Shown: positions 1-9,811, numbered from the stretch's first letter. The stretch is DNA of 64,000 nt from an uncultured virus (IMG/VR IMGVR_UViG_2657245113_000004) (IMGVR_UViG_2657245113_000004:1-64000); one strand, 5' to 3'. Made by a program: numbers and translations. Notes: generated by a model from the letters alone, not told the origin.

Positions 1-342
1 ATGAAAGGTTTGGTGCTGACGTTATCGTTACTGATGTTATCCGTGAATGCTTTTGCCGCTGGGAAAATAGTGACTGTCAGTAAGTTTGAATTTGGCAAAC
101 AATGGGCATTTACCCGAGAAGAGGTGATGTTGGAATGCCGCTCAGGGGGAGCTTTGTTTGTGATAAATCCCAGCACATTAGCGCAATATCCACTTAATGA
201 TGTTGCATCTGAACAAATGAAAGCAGGCCATGTCCTTGCGAAACCGCTAGATATTTTATTATTAGATGATAGCGAGAACCCTGGTCAAAAGATGAGTTTG
301 CTACCTTTCCAACAGCGTGCGATGACTTTATGCGAAAAGTAA
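1..342 (+). CDS. yebY: YebY family exported protein
   Basis: Signal peptide, then [21 protein letters not shown] and [13 protein letters not shown]; sits next to SdsR as in other enterobacteria. Confidence 0.9.
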   Translation: MKGLVLTLSLLMLSVNAFAAGKIVTVSKFEFGKQWAFTREEVMLECRSGGALFVINPSTLAQYPLNDVASEQMKAGHVLAKPLDILLLDDSENPGQKMSLLPFQQRAMTLCEK

Positions 343-507
343 GCACGACAACTTGAGCATCGCTACGGCCTTTATTTTCTATTTAACAGATAATTACCTT
401 TCTTAACTGGTAGGCTAATTTGTATCATTTAAATTAGTTTGCAACCGTTATTAATTACTTCTGTTGCTAAGTTGGCGAAACACATGTCCTCGACTACTCT
501 TAAAGAG

Positions 508-610
508 TATGGCTGAACAAGCCTACGTTAATGCCAACTTTTAGCGCACGGCTCTCTCCCAAGAGCCATTTCCCTAGACCGAATATAGGAATCGTATTCG
601 GTCTTTTTTT
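508..610 (+). ncRNA. sdsR: SdsR (RyeB) small RNA
   Basis: Contains the conserved core TTAATGCCAACTTTTAGCGCACGGCTCTCTCCCAAGAGCCATTTCCC and terminator AGACCGAATA..TATTCGGTCT-T7; sigmaS-like -10 CTACTCT at 494-500; 5' end approximate. Confidence 0.9.
586..604 (+). repeat. attL core TAGGAATCGTATTCGGTCT
   Basis: Exact direct repeat with 59046-59064, with imperfect similarity continuing about 25 bp; lies in the SdsR terminator. Confidence 0.92.
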
Positions 611-640
611 AACGTGTTGATTTTATTGGTGTTTTTTCCT

Positions 641-674
641 ATCCCCCGAAATCCCCCGAAATTTCCCCGAAATC
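641..674 (+). repeat. Tandem integrase arm-type binding sites (CCCCGAAAT x3)
   Basis: atcccccgaa atcccccgaa atttccccgaaat between attL and the end of int, like the lambda P' arm sites; related cccgaa/cccgag at about 58900-58920 near attR. Confidence 0.65.
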
Positions 675-685
675 CTATACTCGGC

Positions 686-1795
686 CTAAATTTCTACCCA
701 CTCATTTTTACGCGAATCCAGGTATACATTCGTCATTTTCATCGATTTGTGACCGAGCAATTTCTGTGCAAATTCCTTACCGTACTCAGCTTCATAAAGT
801 CTCGATGCCAGGCTGCGGATCTCGTGAAAGCTGGGAGGGGATATGTCATAAACCAGATCCGTTGCTTTCAATGCTTTAACAAATGCTTTGGTGAGAGAGT
901 CCGCATTTAATGCACCGGGCTCCCGGCCTGATTTTCTACTGGACGAGCAAATGAGATATTCGCTCTTATTGTTATTCAGGCACTTTTCTACAACGTCACC
1001 GACGGAGGTATTCATTATTTCCAACCGAAGTGATAGTGATATAGCTATCTGCATTTTAGTTTTACTTTGGACTATCCAAAGCTTGCCATCATGCACATCG
1101 CTTCTTTTTAATTGCCGCACATCGTCACGGCGTTGGCCGGTAATTAGCGCCAATGCTAGGCTGAGTTGAACCCAGTTCTGCTGTTGGCCGGCTGCCTCAT
1201 AAATCTTGCAAAAGGCAGCATAGTCGAGCCGTTCCCGCTTAACTTTTGGTGACGGTGCGCGTGTTGCTTCCACAGGGTTGGTGCTAATTAAACCATCAGC
1301 TATTGCTTCTCGAAAGACATCAGACAAAACAGAACGTAGATTTACCGCCATCGAACTTTTACCATTATCGACATAGGCATTAATAAAATCAGCAATATGC
1401 CTAGTGGTAACGGTCTCGATCGGTCTCTCGCCAAATTCTTGGTTAATATATCCGATTTGCAGGACTCTCATTTTCATGGTGTTCTCAGCCAGCTCGCGAC
1501 GCTTTAATAGTTCTGAATAGCGCTTTAGCCAACTCGCTACGGTATTAACTTCGGCTTTAGCCGCAGGAGTTGGGGCAGGGGCTTGCAATCGTTCAAGTAG
1601 GGCTACAGGTTGAAAGGTTGATTCAATATAGTTGTTAGCCTGAATAGCCTGAGATATGGCATCCCTCCGGGCAATTTGCCCTAAGGATATTTCAGAACCA
1701 GTTATTGGGTTGCGCCAGCAAAATGATTTCTCTCTACGCCGATATGTCAGATTTCTTGGCAAATTGGCATCATACTTTTTTGGCCTCTTTGCCAT
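686..1795 (-). CDS. int: Tyrosine integrase, lambda Int family
   Basis: N-terminal arm-binding domain (LPRNLTYR), catalytic TGQRRDD, FHEIRSL, LLGHK and Y. Confidence 0.96.
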   Translation of the reverse strand: MAKRPKKYDANLPRNLTYRRREKSFCWRNPITGSEISLGQIARRDAISQAIQANNYIESTFQPVALLERLQAPAPTPAAKAEVNTVASWLKRYSELLKRRELAENTMKMRVLQIGYINQEFGERPIETVTTRHIADFINAYVDNGKSSMAVNLRSVLSDVFREAIADGLISTNPVEATRAPSPKVKRERLDYAAFCKIYEAAGQQQNWVQLSLALALITGQRRDDVRQLKRSDVHDGKLWIVQSKTKMQIAISLSLRLEIMNTSVGDVVEKCLNNNKSEYLICSSSRKSGREPGALNADSLTKAFVKALKATDLVYDISPPSFHEIRSLASRLYEAEYGKEFAQKLLGHKSMKMTNVYLDSRKNEWVEI

Positions 1796-2039
1796 GAATA
1801 ATTCTCTCTATTAACGATGAACTTGTACTGGAGGATGTTTTAAGTATTTCTTTTGCCAGCCGATAACTTTTAGGCTGAATATAAATCGCGCCTGGCTGTA
1901 CACGATACTCGCGCCCATGTTTTTCAGGTGCCGGGTAAATATTGCCGCCTCGCGCCCAGCGCTGGAGTGTCTGGGGGGTTGGTTGCTTGCTGCGGTAGGT
2001 TTCTTCCGCCCATTCTTCTAATGTCAGTAGTTTGGTCAT
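1770..2039 (-). CDS. xis: Excisionase
   Basis: LLTLEEWA..TLQRWARGGNIYPAPEKHGREYRV matches lambda-type Xis; overlaps the int start. Confidence 0.9.
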   Translation of the reverse strand: MTKLLTLEEWAEETYRSKQPTPQTLQRWARGGNIYPAPEKHGREYRVQPGAIYIQPKSYRLAKEILKTSSSTSSSLIERIIHGKEAKKV

Positions 2040-2159
2040 TGGTCTTTCCTCAGTAGGAAAGGGCGCAAAGATGTTACGCCCTATTATGGTCGTTTGGTCT
2101 AGAGTGGTAAGGGGCTATGTTTTAGTGATACTGCTATCGAATGCTACGGTCGGATATGG

Positions 2160-2588
2160 TTAAACCTCCCGAATTAACCGGTTGATAATGTCTCTTTTGG
2201 AGGGAATGCGAAGCTGGTAGGCCAATTGCCATGCTTTGCGCTGATTCTGAGTTTTATGTTCCAACATTTTGCGGATAGTGGTCACCGGGATACCGGTACT
2301 GCTGGCAATCAAATTTTCATTGTGGCCAGCGCGGTAAAACTGATAGATAGCCAGCAAAACTTCCAATGAGTAGCGCTTACGAATACCGATATCGACCGTA
2401 TTCACCTGAGATAAGCCACGCCATTGCTCATTACCGGGATAAATTGGTTTTGGCATCGGTCGATAGGGATTACCACTGCGGATCTCTGCGCGACAGCGCA
2501 TTAGCCAGATGATACGAGCGGTATAGTCCCCCCGGTCATCTTCTTTAAAGTAGTTGCCGGTACTCTGGTTCAGTTCCTCATCCATCAT
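2160..2588 (-). CDS. Hypothetical phage protein with C-terminal HTH-like segment
   Basis: Start probably at ATGA overlapping the upstream stop (2588); LIASSTGIPVTTIRKML looks like an HTH. Confidence 0.6.
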   Translation of the reverse strand: MMDEELNQSTGNYFKEDDRGDYTARIIWLMRCRAEIRSGNPYRPMPKPIYPGNEQWRGLSQVNTVDIGIRKRYSLEVLLAIYQFYRAGHNENLIASSTGIPVTTIRKMLEHKTQNQRKAWQLAYQLRIPSKRDIINRLIREV

Positions 2589-3724
2589 GCGGCTTCCTTC
2601 TGTTTCTGCTCTAATTCCCACTCTTTTACGATTCGGGTGCATTGAGCATGTACCTGGCGGGCGCTGGCGATCCCAAAGCCTTTGACGGCATTAGCCAACA
2701 TATCCGGGGTTCGACGGACAACATCAAATAACGAATGGATCCCAGAGCGGGCCAGCAGCTCTAAATGCTGCTCTTTCAACGGTAGGGTTTCGGTCAGCAC
2801 GGTTCCTGCCCACTCAGCCCGCTTAACTAAGTGTGGGTGAGTAGGCTCAAGCAGATCTCGAATACGCTGGGTAACCGCTGGGGTCAGGCCATCCGGCCAG
2901 TTCTGTTTGAAATCATCAACCATGGGATAGACGGGTAATGCCCACTCATTGACCGAGACGATCAGGCCAATGCCGCTGGTGGAGCGAATTTCAATATGCC
3001 AGTCAATATCGTTAATGAGCTGCATATCGTAATCACCTGAGCGTAGTTTCAGCCCCCACTGGAAGGTATAAAAGTAAAATTCAGTGCCATCATTGCCACG
3101 ATAGTAGGTTGGCTCGACGTCACCATCCATACGCTGGATCCGGTTGGTGAGGTCAGAAACGGCATTATTCAATTGGTCATTAACATTGACCATGACAGCC
3201 AGTTTGCTGGTTTTTTCTGCCACCTCTTTTTTGTATCGCCGGATCTCTGTTAGTTGCTGGTTTAACAACGTACGCTTGCTCTCCAAATCATCTTTGAGGC
3301 GAACGATCTGGATTTTCATTTTTTCAGGATTCAGTGACTTCAACCGATTCACCTCAGTAGCCAACACGCGTTGGTCTGAAAGTGAAAGATTGTATTTGGC
3401 TGAAATACTGTCTCGCTGCGCATTGGCTTCAGCGACTAACAGGTCTGCATTTTCTATGCGTTCCTGCACTTGTGTTAACGCCAAGGATTTCGTGGTTAGG
3501 TCGTTTTCAGTTTTTTCTAAACGGTCGAATAAAAGGTTGTACTCGTCAGTCTCGATGTTGAGTTGTTCAATACATAGGGACTGTGCTTGGTTGAGTAAAA
3601 CAGTCGCGCTCTCTATAGAGCGCTGTGCGGTGCCGGTAGTCTGCTCAATGGCAAGGTCTAACTGCGCCCGAACTGGACGCAGAGATGACTCCAGCACACT
3701 GGCAGTTGTGGCCTGTGTGGTCAT
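2585..3724 (-). CDS. Coiled-coil protein with C-terminal HhH / RNAP alpha-CTD-like domain
   Basis: Long heptad region; C-terminal LPLKEQHLELLARSGIHSLFDVVRRTPDMLANAVKGFG. Confidence 0.6.
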   Translation of the reverse strand: MTTQATTASVLESSLRPVRAQLDLAIEQTTGTAQRSIESATVLLNQAQSLCIEQLNIETDEYNLLFDRLEKTENDLTTKSLALTQVQERIENADLLVAEANAQRDSISAKYNLSLSDQRVLATEVNRLKSLNPEKMKIQIVRLKDDLESKRTLLNQQLTEIRRYKKEVAEKTSKLAVMVNVNDQLNNAVSDLTNRIQRMDGDVEPTYYRGNDGTEFYFYTFQWGLKLRSGDYDMQLINDIDWHIEIRSTSGIGLIVSVNEWALPVYPMVDDFKQNWPDGLTPAVTQRIRDLLEPTHPHLVKRAEWAGTVLTETLPLKEQHLELLARSGIHSLFDVVRRTPDMLANAVKGFGIASARQVHAQCTRIVKEWELEQKQKEAA

Positions 3725-3768
3725 GATGGGTTACCTGTGGAATGCCTGCCGTGGCAGGTTATGAAAGG

Positions 3769-5373
3769 TTACTGCGTGATAGAGAAATAGCGGATCCGGC
3801 CAGCTTTTACCGCGTTGTACAGGCGGTTAACTGTTTCAGTAGTAAGCTCAATTCCTGCCGCCACTAAATCAGTATCAATTTGGGCAATCCAATTAGCTGG
3901 CTTGTCTGTTAGTGGCGTATTTACCGATCCGCCCAGTTGTTTAGGGAAGTTAACCGATCCCGCAGGGTGTAACGACTGATGGACTGTTGCATCCGTACTT
4001 GCGGTGACTGTTTCTGTAGTGGACACTGGCACTGCCTGTTGTTGTTTTTTCAATTCATCAAGCCGCAATGCTTCCTGCTGTCTGTGCTGTTCCTCAATCT
4101 GTTTTTGCCTGGTAATGCGTTGATCAATCATCAGCGCCAGATGTTCGTGCTCAAGGGCAATTATCTGGTTGATGTCAGCGAACAGATTTTTATAAGCCGG
4201 TTCAATATCAGCAAATAGCACTAAGTTGGACTGATATTTCTCACCTAATTGGTTAGCAGCTATCTTGGCGCGTGCCAGTTCATCGTTGGCTGCACTCTGC
4301 AAAGAGGTGAGGGTTTTCTTGCCTTTGATAGCAGTGGCAAAATCAGCCGGGATAGTAGGTAGAGTGACAATAGCCAACTGTTTATTGATACTGGCAATGT
4401 GCTCAGCAAGAGCGGCTTTTACCTTATTCAGTATTTCAAGGCGAATAGCTTCTTTGCGCAACTTAACGAGTTTTGACAGGTCTAGCCGTTTGTTTCGCAT
4501 TTCATCGCGCAAGGTATCAATGGTGCGGAAAAGTAGATCAATCTGCTCAGTCTTAGACAGTGCCTGTTGTTTAATCAGATCCAGCTCTTTCTCTGCTTTT
4601 TCACAGAACTTAACGGTTTCTTCTGCGTCAGCGAAGTCCTGATCGGTCACCAGATTAGTGTTGATGGATTGAATAAAAGCCAACGCTTGATTCTGGTAAA
4701 CAGTCAGGTTTGATTCTTTTACCGCGCCCTCTATCTCCACCAATAGGGCAGGGAGGCGCATTAAGGCTTTACCTTGCGGTATGTCTTTTATCTCAGGGGC
4801 TGTGTAACCGTTCAAATCCTGTTCAAATTGCTGCCAACCCGCCATCAAAGCTTCACGGCGACCAGGTACCGGTAAATACTCCATCCACACAAAGTTATCC
4901 TCAGTGCCATCTGATACCACAAAAATGACCTTTTCGGACTCACTCACTAAAAGTTGCTGTTCTAACTGCCAGTAATACTCTGGCGGCAAGTCTTTATTTT
5001 TCACCGCCAGCGACAGTGTGGCATTCCACATTTTGTGTTCAAACAACACATCTTCCATCATGGTCATGCCATCAAAGGAAGCCAACAAATAGCCATCATC
5101 ATCGATGGCGGTTGCAGGGAATAATTCGGTACCGATCATAGATTCTACGATGACCCGCGCGGTGGCTTCTTGCGCGTGGCCTTTATCGAACAAGTTGGTT
5201 TGTACCCAATCGCTGATTTCCCGTTCCGAGCCGGTGGCCTTCATGTTCAGCAATTCATCGCGGCGCATTTTACTGGAGGCTGCCATCATTACCGGGGCTT
5301 CGCTGGCAGTGAAATGGCGACTGCGTAAGGCGTGCCATTCTGGCGTGCCTTGCTGGACATTAATGATTTGCAT
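3769..5373 (-). CDS. YqaJ / lambda-exonuclease family protein with coiled-coil extension
   Basis: QGTPEWHALR, TASEA, ASFDG, EHK and YYWQLEQQL motifs; adjacent to bet. Confidence 0.9.
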   Translation of the reverse strand: MQIINVQQGTPEWHALRSRHFTASEAPVMMAASSKMRRDELLNMKATGSEREISDWVQTNLFDKGHAQEATARVIVESMIGTELFPATAIDDDGYLLASFDGMTMMEDVLFEHKMWNATLSLAVKNKDLPPEYYWQLEQQLLVSESEKVIFVVSDGTEDNFVWMEYLPVPGRREALMAGWQQFEQDLNGYTAPEIKDIPQGKALMRLPALLVEIEGAVKESNLTVYQNQALAFIQSINTNLVTDQDFADAEETVKFCEKAEKELDLIKQQALSKTEQIDLLFRTIDTLRDEMRNKRLDLSKLVKLRKEAIRLEILNKVKAALAEHIASINKQLAIVTLPTIPADFATAIKGKKTLTSLQSAANDELARAKIAANQLGEKYQSNLVLFADIEPAYKNLFADINQIIALEHEHLALMIDQRITRQKQIEEQHRQQEALRLDELKKQQQAVPVSTTETVTASTDATVHQSLHPAGSVNFPKQLGGSVNTPLTDKPANWIAQIDTDLVAAGIELTTETVNRLYNAVKAGRIRYFSITQ

Positions 5374-7159
5374 CTTCTGCCTCCAGATATTCGATAGTTT
5401 TGATTTGTGCCGAGGTGAGGGTGTATTTACTTTCGATGGTGTTGATGATTTGCGCGGCAGTTTTCTTGCCCTTGTTGATCAGCGTTGTCCAGTCAGCAAG
5501 TGCGCGTTGAAATTGTTCCGCGCTATATTCTGGTAGTGCCTGCGGCTGGCTTGGTTGCTGGCTGCCTTGGCTGTGTTCCTTACCTTCATTCACATCAAGA
5601 CTTTTACCTTCCATTTCCTCTGCTGTTGGCTGCTGACCAATTTCCGGCCAACCTTTACGCAGTGCCTGGGCTTCGGCGCAATTACCGCAGAGCATAGATA
5701 ACCCGTGGCGACGCACAACAATGACACCTGATGGTACTGTTACGCACCATACTTTGCCGGAGGTGTTTTGAGTTATGACTAATGATGATGAGTTTTTACT
5801 GAGGCCTTTCACTACTGGTGAAGTGGTTGTTTCAGAAAGAGTGAATAATGAGCACGAGCCAATATCGCTTTTTTGTACGGAAGGGCTACTTATTGAATAA
5901 CCAGCTTGAATGGCTAATAACTCAAATGCAGATATGACATTGGTATTTCGTTGATGTAAGCGGCGTACAGAGCCATTGTGAGATCCATCAAATTCTAAAA
6001 GGGAATCAACAACAATTTTTGCCTGCCGAGATGATAATGATAAAATCCATTCAGGATGAACACGCTTATCGGCCGTCATATATTTTGACACTAAGCTAAA
6101 ATCATACGTAAAACTCTTCTTATCCCTGATGGTTTTAATGATTCTTTTGCCGGTCACAGCCTCTCTGCCTGAGTCTTTTTTTACTGATACTTTGCTATGC
6201 AATCCCAAAGAAAATAAAGCTTCTATTTTATAGAGCCTAGATACGGAAACCCTGATTTGATGGTATCCAGAGTGGTAGCCATCGGCTAATAGGTACCCAA
6301 CCAAGTATAAAAGTTGATCACTAATATTCGAATCAGGACGATTTGAAACAACAGATCTCGGAATTGCCCACTTAGAACTATCTGTCGTAGCTTTTTGGTA
6401 TAGTGTTGCTGCCTCTACTTTTCCGTTGTTCGTTAACATATCGTGATTTGGTGTTACGCTAAAATTCAAGCGACTACCATTCGCTGTTACCATTGAGCCG
6501 CTATAAGGCTGCACAAATGGAATTGCAGAGGATGATTCCAAACCATTAGTTGTTACTTGTAATATTTTCCCTGTTACTTTAGAAAATAGCTGAAACCCTT
6601 CATCAGTGAGTATTTCAGTTTCATCATCAAAGCATTTGGCGAGTTGCCCATAGGGCCGTTTTTTCCACATGGCATTGGGTGCCTGAGTATCGCGGCCCGC
6701 GGTGGCATAGTTCTCCAGCCAATATTCCTTCGCACTGAACTCCACGATAGTGCCGTTAGGCATGAGTTTGCTCAGGGTGTATTTGCACCACTGAGGGAAA
6801 GTAATTTCTACTCCGTTAAAAGTTTGTGTGAGGTCAGGGCCAAATTCGGGTTCCTGTGCACCGGCATAGTTACCAGAGCGGTCTGCCTGTATGCGATAGA
6901 GCCCAACACCGGGCATCACCACATCACGCATTTCATATTTACCACTTACCGCATCTTTCACGCTCATAGGAACTAAATGAACGGGTTTCATCAGCGGATC
7001 TAACTGGCGGGCGCGGCAATAACTCACCGCCATGATGACTGAATCATCTTTAGCGCCAGGGTAAATACTGTTTTTCAGCGCGTTCCACGTTGGTTCGTCA
7101 ATATTCAACCCAACCACGGCGGGCGGGAGATTACTGGTTGTTACTGCTTGGGTGGTCAT
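5360..7159 (-). CDS. bet: Phage recombinase Bet (single-strand annealing protein), intein-containing
   Basis: YCRARQLDPLMKPVHLVP, YRIQADRSG and the conserved MWKKRPYGQLAK/CAEAQALRK motif split by a 318-aa insert. Confidence 0.92.
   Translation of the reverse strand: MTTQAVTTSNLPPAVVGLNIDEPTWNALKNSIYPGAKDDSVIMAVSYCRARQLDPLMKPVHLVPMSVKDAVSGKYEMRDVVMPGVGLYRIQADRSGNYAGAQEPEFGPDLTQTFNGVEITFPQWCKYTLSKLMPNGTIVEFSAKEYWLENYATAGRDTQAPNAMWKKRPYGQLAKCFDDETEILTDEGFQLFSKVTGKILQVTTNGLESSSAIPFVQPYSGSMVTANGSRLNFSVTPNHDMLTNNGKVEAATLYQKATTDSSKWAIPRSVVSNRPDSNISDQLLYLVGYLLADGYHSGYHQIRVSVSRLYKIEALFSLGLHSKVSVKKDSGREAVTGKRIIKTIRDKKSFTYDFSLVSKYMTADKRVHPEWILSLSSRQAKIVVDSLLEFDGSHNGSVRRLHQRNTNVISAFELLAIQAGYSISSPSVQKSDIGSCSLFTLSETTTSPVVKGLSKNSSSLVITQNTSGKVWCVTVPSGVIVVRRHGLSMLCGNCAEAQALRKGWPEIGQQPTAEEMEGKSLDVNEGKEHSQGSQQPSQPQALPEYSAEQFQRALADWTTLINKGKKTAAQIINTIESKYTLTSAQIKTIEYLEAEDANH
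5681..6634 (-). mobile_element. Intein with LAGLIDADG homing endonuclease
   Basis: Block A CFDDETEILT, block B VTPNHDML, LAGLIDADG-like LVGYLLADG and VDSLLEFDG, block F/G VWCVTVPSG..CGN followed by extein Cys+1; visibly AT-richer than the exteins. Confidence 0.92.
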
Positions 7160-7169
7160 TGGTCAGCCC

Positions 7170-7319
7170 TCAGATTTTGACAGCGATAGCCAGAAACATG
7201 AACGCGCCTAAAACACAGGCGAAGAAGAATTTCAGGCCAGATTGTTTGGGATATAGGTTGAAGTCGTCGCCGGTAACGCGGTGGCGGTATTGGAGTTTCT
7301 TGATGAATTCAGTAGTCAT
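7170..7319 (-). CDS. Small 49-aa membrane protein (below ORF-track cutoff)
   Basis: MTTEFIKKLQYRHRVTGDDFNLYPKQSGLKFFFACVLGAFMFLAIAVKI; stop abuts the bet RBS. Confidence 0.6.
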   Translation of the reverse strand: MTTEFIKKLQYRHRVTGDDFNLYPKQSGLKFFFACVLGAFMFLAIAVKI

Positions 7320-7487
7320 GGTATGCTTTCCCATGGTTGGGTTTGGTCACTCAACCACGCTGATAATAATCCTCGTGGTTATTGTTCAGTCCTCAGTAGG
7401 TTTGCGGTTGGTCCCGCACTCCTGGGATAGCCCCGGCTTAATCGCTGGGGCTTTTCTCTTTTAGGATATGGATAAGTAAGAAAAGGT

Positions 7488-8138
7488 ATGAAAAGACAAC
7501 TTGTAGTTTTATTAGCATCAATTCTTAGTATTCCATCAGCATTTGCTGTAGATATTCCAGCCATGGAAAAGGTAATGCGTGAAAGCATGCAGAACCCGAA
7601 AACAGTGGAATATCGGTCAATCACTGAAGTAACCAACTCTACCGGCGAAACGTTTGTTTGTGGTGAGTTCCGTATTACAGGGGAAAATAGTCAAGAGGCT
7701 GATTTCATTCCCTTTGCTTATACTCAACACAAAACTATCTACGTGAGTTCAGATCTTTCTAAGAATGAGAAAAGTGAGTATCGTCTGACTGGATGTGAAG
7801 GCAAAGAATCAGAGGCATCTTGGTATAAGACTCTAACGATATTAGATACAAACTGCCTTGCCGGTTTTCAAACACTAAAAGCTTATTTCAGTGAAGGAAA
7901 ATCAGACGAGCTTGCTATCGCCGCAGGCGTTAGCGTTTGGGATGATTTCAATAAAAAAATAGGAAAATCTGCTGATGCTGAATTTAATAAATCGGCTTAT
8001 TACTATTTAAGATCGATATTGAATCAGGCTAAGGCTAACCCAGAAATGGGGGCTGAGATTAAAGCAGATCCAATAGCAACAAAGAATGAATTCCTTGCTA
8101 ATTGCAGAGCAATTTTTATTGAAAAGGCTATCAAATAA
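7488..8138 (+). CDS. Exported protein, AT-rich moron (possible superinfection exclusion)
   Basis: Sec signal peptide ending AFA; opposite strand to the early-left operon. Confidence 0.65.
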   Translation: MKRQLVVLLASILSIPSAFAVDIPAMEKVMRESMQNPKTVEYRSITEVTNSTGETFVCGEFRITGENSQEADFIPFAYTQHKTIYVSSDLSKNEKSEYRLTGCEGKESEASWYKTLTILDTNCLAGFQTLKAYFSEGKSDELAIAAGVSVWDDFNKKIGKSADAEFNKSAYYYLRSILNQAKANPEMGAEIKADPIATKNEFLANCRAIFIEKAIK

Positions 8139-8156
8139 TTATCGCGATTATTATTC

Positions 8157-8495
8157 CTAGTCTATGAAGGTGCTTTGTGTTGCATCTAACTCCATGGCTC
8201 TTTCTGCTTTGGCAACACGGAGAAATATTTCCTCCTGCACCTCATCCAGATAGAGTTCCATAGCGGTTGTTTCGGTAAGAGCTGCAAGGTAATGGGTACT
8301 TGCACCCGCAATAAAGCAGCCATTTTTGACAGCGGTTTTAAAAGCGCCGAGCATTTTTGAATGACGGCGTAAAAACTCAATCCGCTTGCCTAATTCCTCT
8401 TGCTCATCAGGATCCGAAATTAATAGGCGGTCATACTGTTCCAGCGATTGCTCAACCATTCGCTGATAGTTGTATTCATTCACGATGCACCTCAC
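8157..8495 (-). CDS. Hypothetical phage protein
   Basis: ORF in the early-left operon; the true start may be the GTG near 8483. Confidence 0.6.
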   Translation of the reverse strand: MRCIVNEYNYQRMVEQSLEQYDRLLISDPDEQEELGKRIEFLRRHSKMLGAFKTAVKNGCFIAGASTHYLAALTETTAMELYLDEVQEEIFLRVAKAERAMELDATQSTFID

Positions 8496-8546
8496 GGTAA
8501 GGAGTGTTGCCGAAGCCCCTGCGAACAGAGGCAGCGGTTAAGCCAC

Positions 8547-8816
8547 TTATTCGCCGTCTTTCTTTTCATTAATGCGTTGGAATGGATAACGATCAGTATC
8601 TGGCTTGATATTGCGGTAGAAGTGGGAGCCAATTGATTCAGCACCGGAGAATGCCGCGTAATCATCAGCGGACACATTCTGGTAGTGATACAGGGCTGCC
8701 GGTTCACCCTTCGACTTAAAACGAATCGCCAGAGTGTTGCTAACTGGGTCATGGCCGATGCTGTGGATCTGGGAAGATTCAATCTGCTTCATACTAATTG
8801 CTGGTAAATTGCTCAT
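8547..8816 (-). CDS. KTSC domain protein
   Basis: IESSQIHSIGHD..LAIRF..YHYQNVS..YAAF..AESIGSHFYRNIK. Confidence 0.88.
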   Translation of the reverse strand: MSNLPAISMKQIESSQIHSIGHDPVSNTLAIRFKSKGEPAALYHYQNVSADDYAAFSGAESIGSHFYRNIKPDTDRYPFQRINEKKDGE

Positions 8817-8899
8817 ATTGGTTCCTTTTAGGTAAAAAAAAGAGCCACAGCCTAAGCTGTAGCTCCGATGGTTTATTTTGCTTTCCTGCTAATTAATGC

Positions 8900-9145
8900 T
8901 TAACGCACCCCGCGAGGTAACTTACTGCAACCACGCATCTTCTGGCGGGCAACTGCTGCAATCCGTTTCTCTGGATCTGCTGAAGTTCTGGGCTTGCTGG
9001 GTACGGCTGGCATATCTGGCATCGGTTTGCACCGCACCAAAACTAATACTGCTTTTTCAACTCGGTTACTTTCACGCTTTGCCAGTGCCTGGATATGGGC
9101 ATTGCGTTTTTTTGCCATACGCTTTTGACGAGATGTTGTGGCCAT
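8900..9145 (-). CDS. N-like antitermination protein
   Basis: Basic Arg-rich N-terminus (SRQKRMAKKR) and NRVEKAV; lies downstream of pL and boxA. Confidence 0.6.
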   Translation of the reverse strand: MATTSRQKRMAKKRNAHIQALAKRESNRVEKAVLVLVRCKPMPDMPAVPSKPRTSADPEKRIAAVARQKMRGCSKLPRGVR

Positions 9146-9236
9146 TGGTCAGTCCTCAGTTGGTTTATGCCGGGATATTTATCCACGCCCGGCGCGTGCT
9201 ATCCTTGCTGTCACCACAACAAGTAAGGATTTTTGT

Positions 9237-9515
9237 ATGAAAGAAAGATTTGAATCTACTTGCCCGCTATGTGATAGCGCTGGAAGCTATGTGTTCACCG
9301 ATTCTTCTAACTACATAGCTTACAAATGTGTCGAGTGCGGGATATTTGAAATCAGTACACATGCCGAAAAGCTGGTAAGAAATATGCCACCAGAGAGAAG
9401 AGCATTTTATGCATCGCTGGCAAACACCACTCCAGAAGAACCATTACTGGAGATTGCTTTTGAGGTTCTTCCCACAGGGAACCGAGTTACTCATCGTTAT
9501 ATCAGTGCCCGCTAA
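9237..9515 (+). CDS. Small zinc-finger protein (CxxC..CxxC)
   Basis: AAGGA RBS, MKERFESTCPLC..KCVECG; counter-oriented in the left operon. Confidence 0.6.
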   Translation: MKERFESTCPLCDSAGSYVFTDSSNYIAYKCVECGIFEISTHAEKLVRNMPPERRAFYASLANTTPEEPLLEIAFEVLPTGNRVTHRYISAR

Positions 9516-9659
9516 CTGTTGATTTTCTTCAATAGTGCGAATTGACAGCATAAGACCGTCTTTATTCAGCCAGTTATTGAGTTGCTGGAAAGTAAAGCTC
9601 GGATATTTTTCCAGTAGTTCCTTTATTTGTAGTTGTATATCTAGGCTAGGTTTATTCAT
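9444..9659 (-). CDS. Hypothetical protein
   Basis: 71-aa ORF just downstream of pL; convergent overlap with 9237-9515. Confidence 0.4.
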   Translation of the reverse strand: MNKPSLDIQLQIKELLEKYPSFTFQQLNNWLNKDGLMLSIRTIEENQQLAGTDITMSNSVPCGKNLKSNLQ

Positions 9660-9811
9660 GTAAACACCGTTATCAGTGATCTTATACCTACCTCCTCACA
9701 CTGACAGAGGCAGGGTAAGTCCACTTCATGATTTTTTCCTCAATTGTGGGTGATTCGTGGTTTAGCTGAGCCGTGACCGGTACACGCGGACCGTTTGATG
9801 TCACTTAACCG

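Noticed and set aside
614..910. Plus-strand 98-aa ORF
   Set aside because: Antisense to int and spans the arm repeats; no RBS
3144..3764. 206-aa plus-strand ORF
   Set aside because: Antisense shadow of the coiled-coil gene
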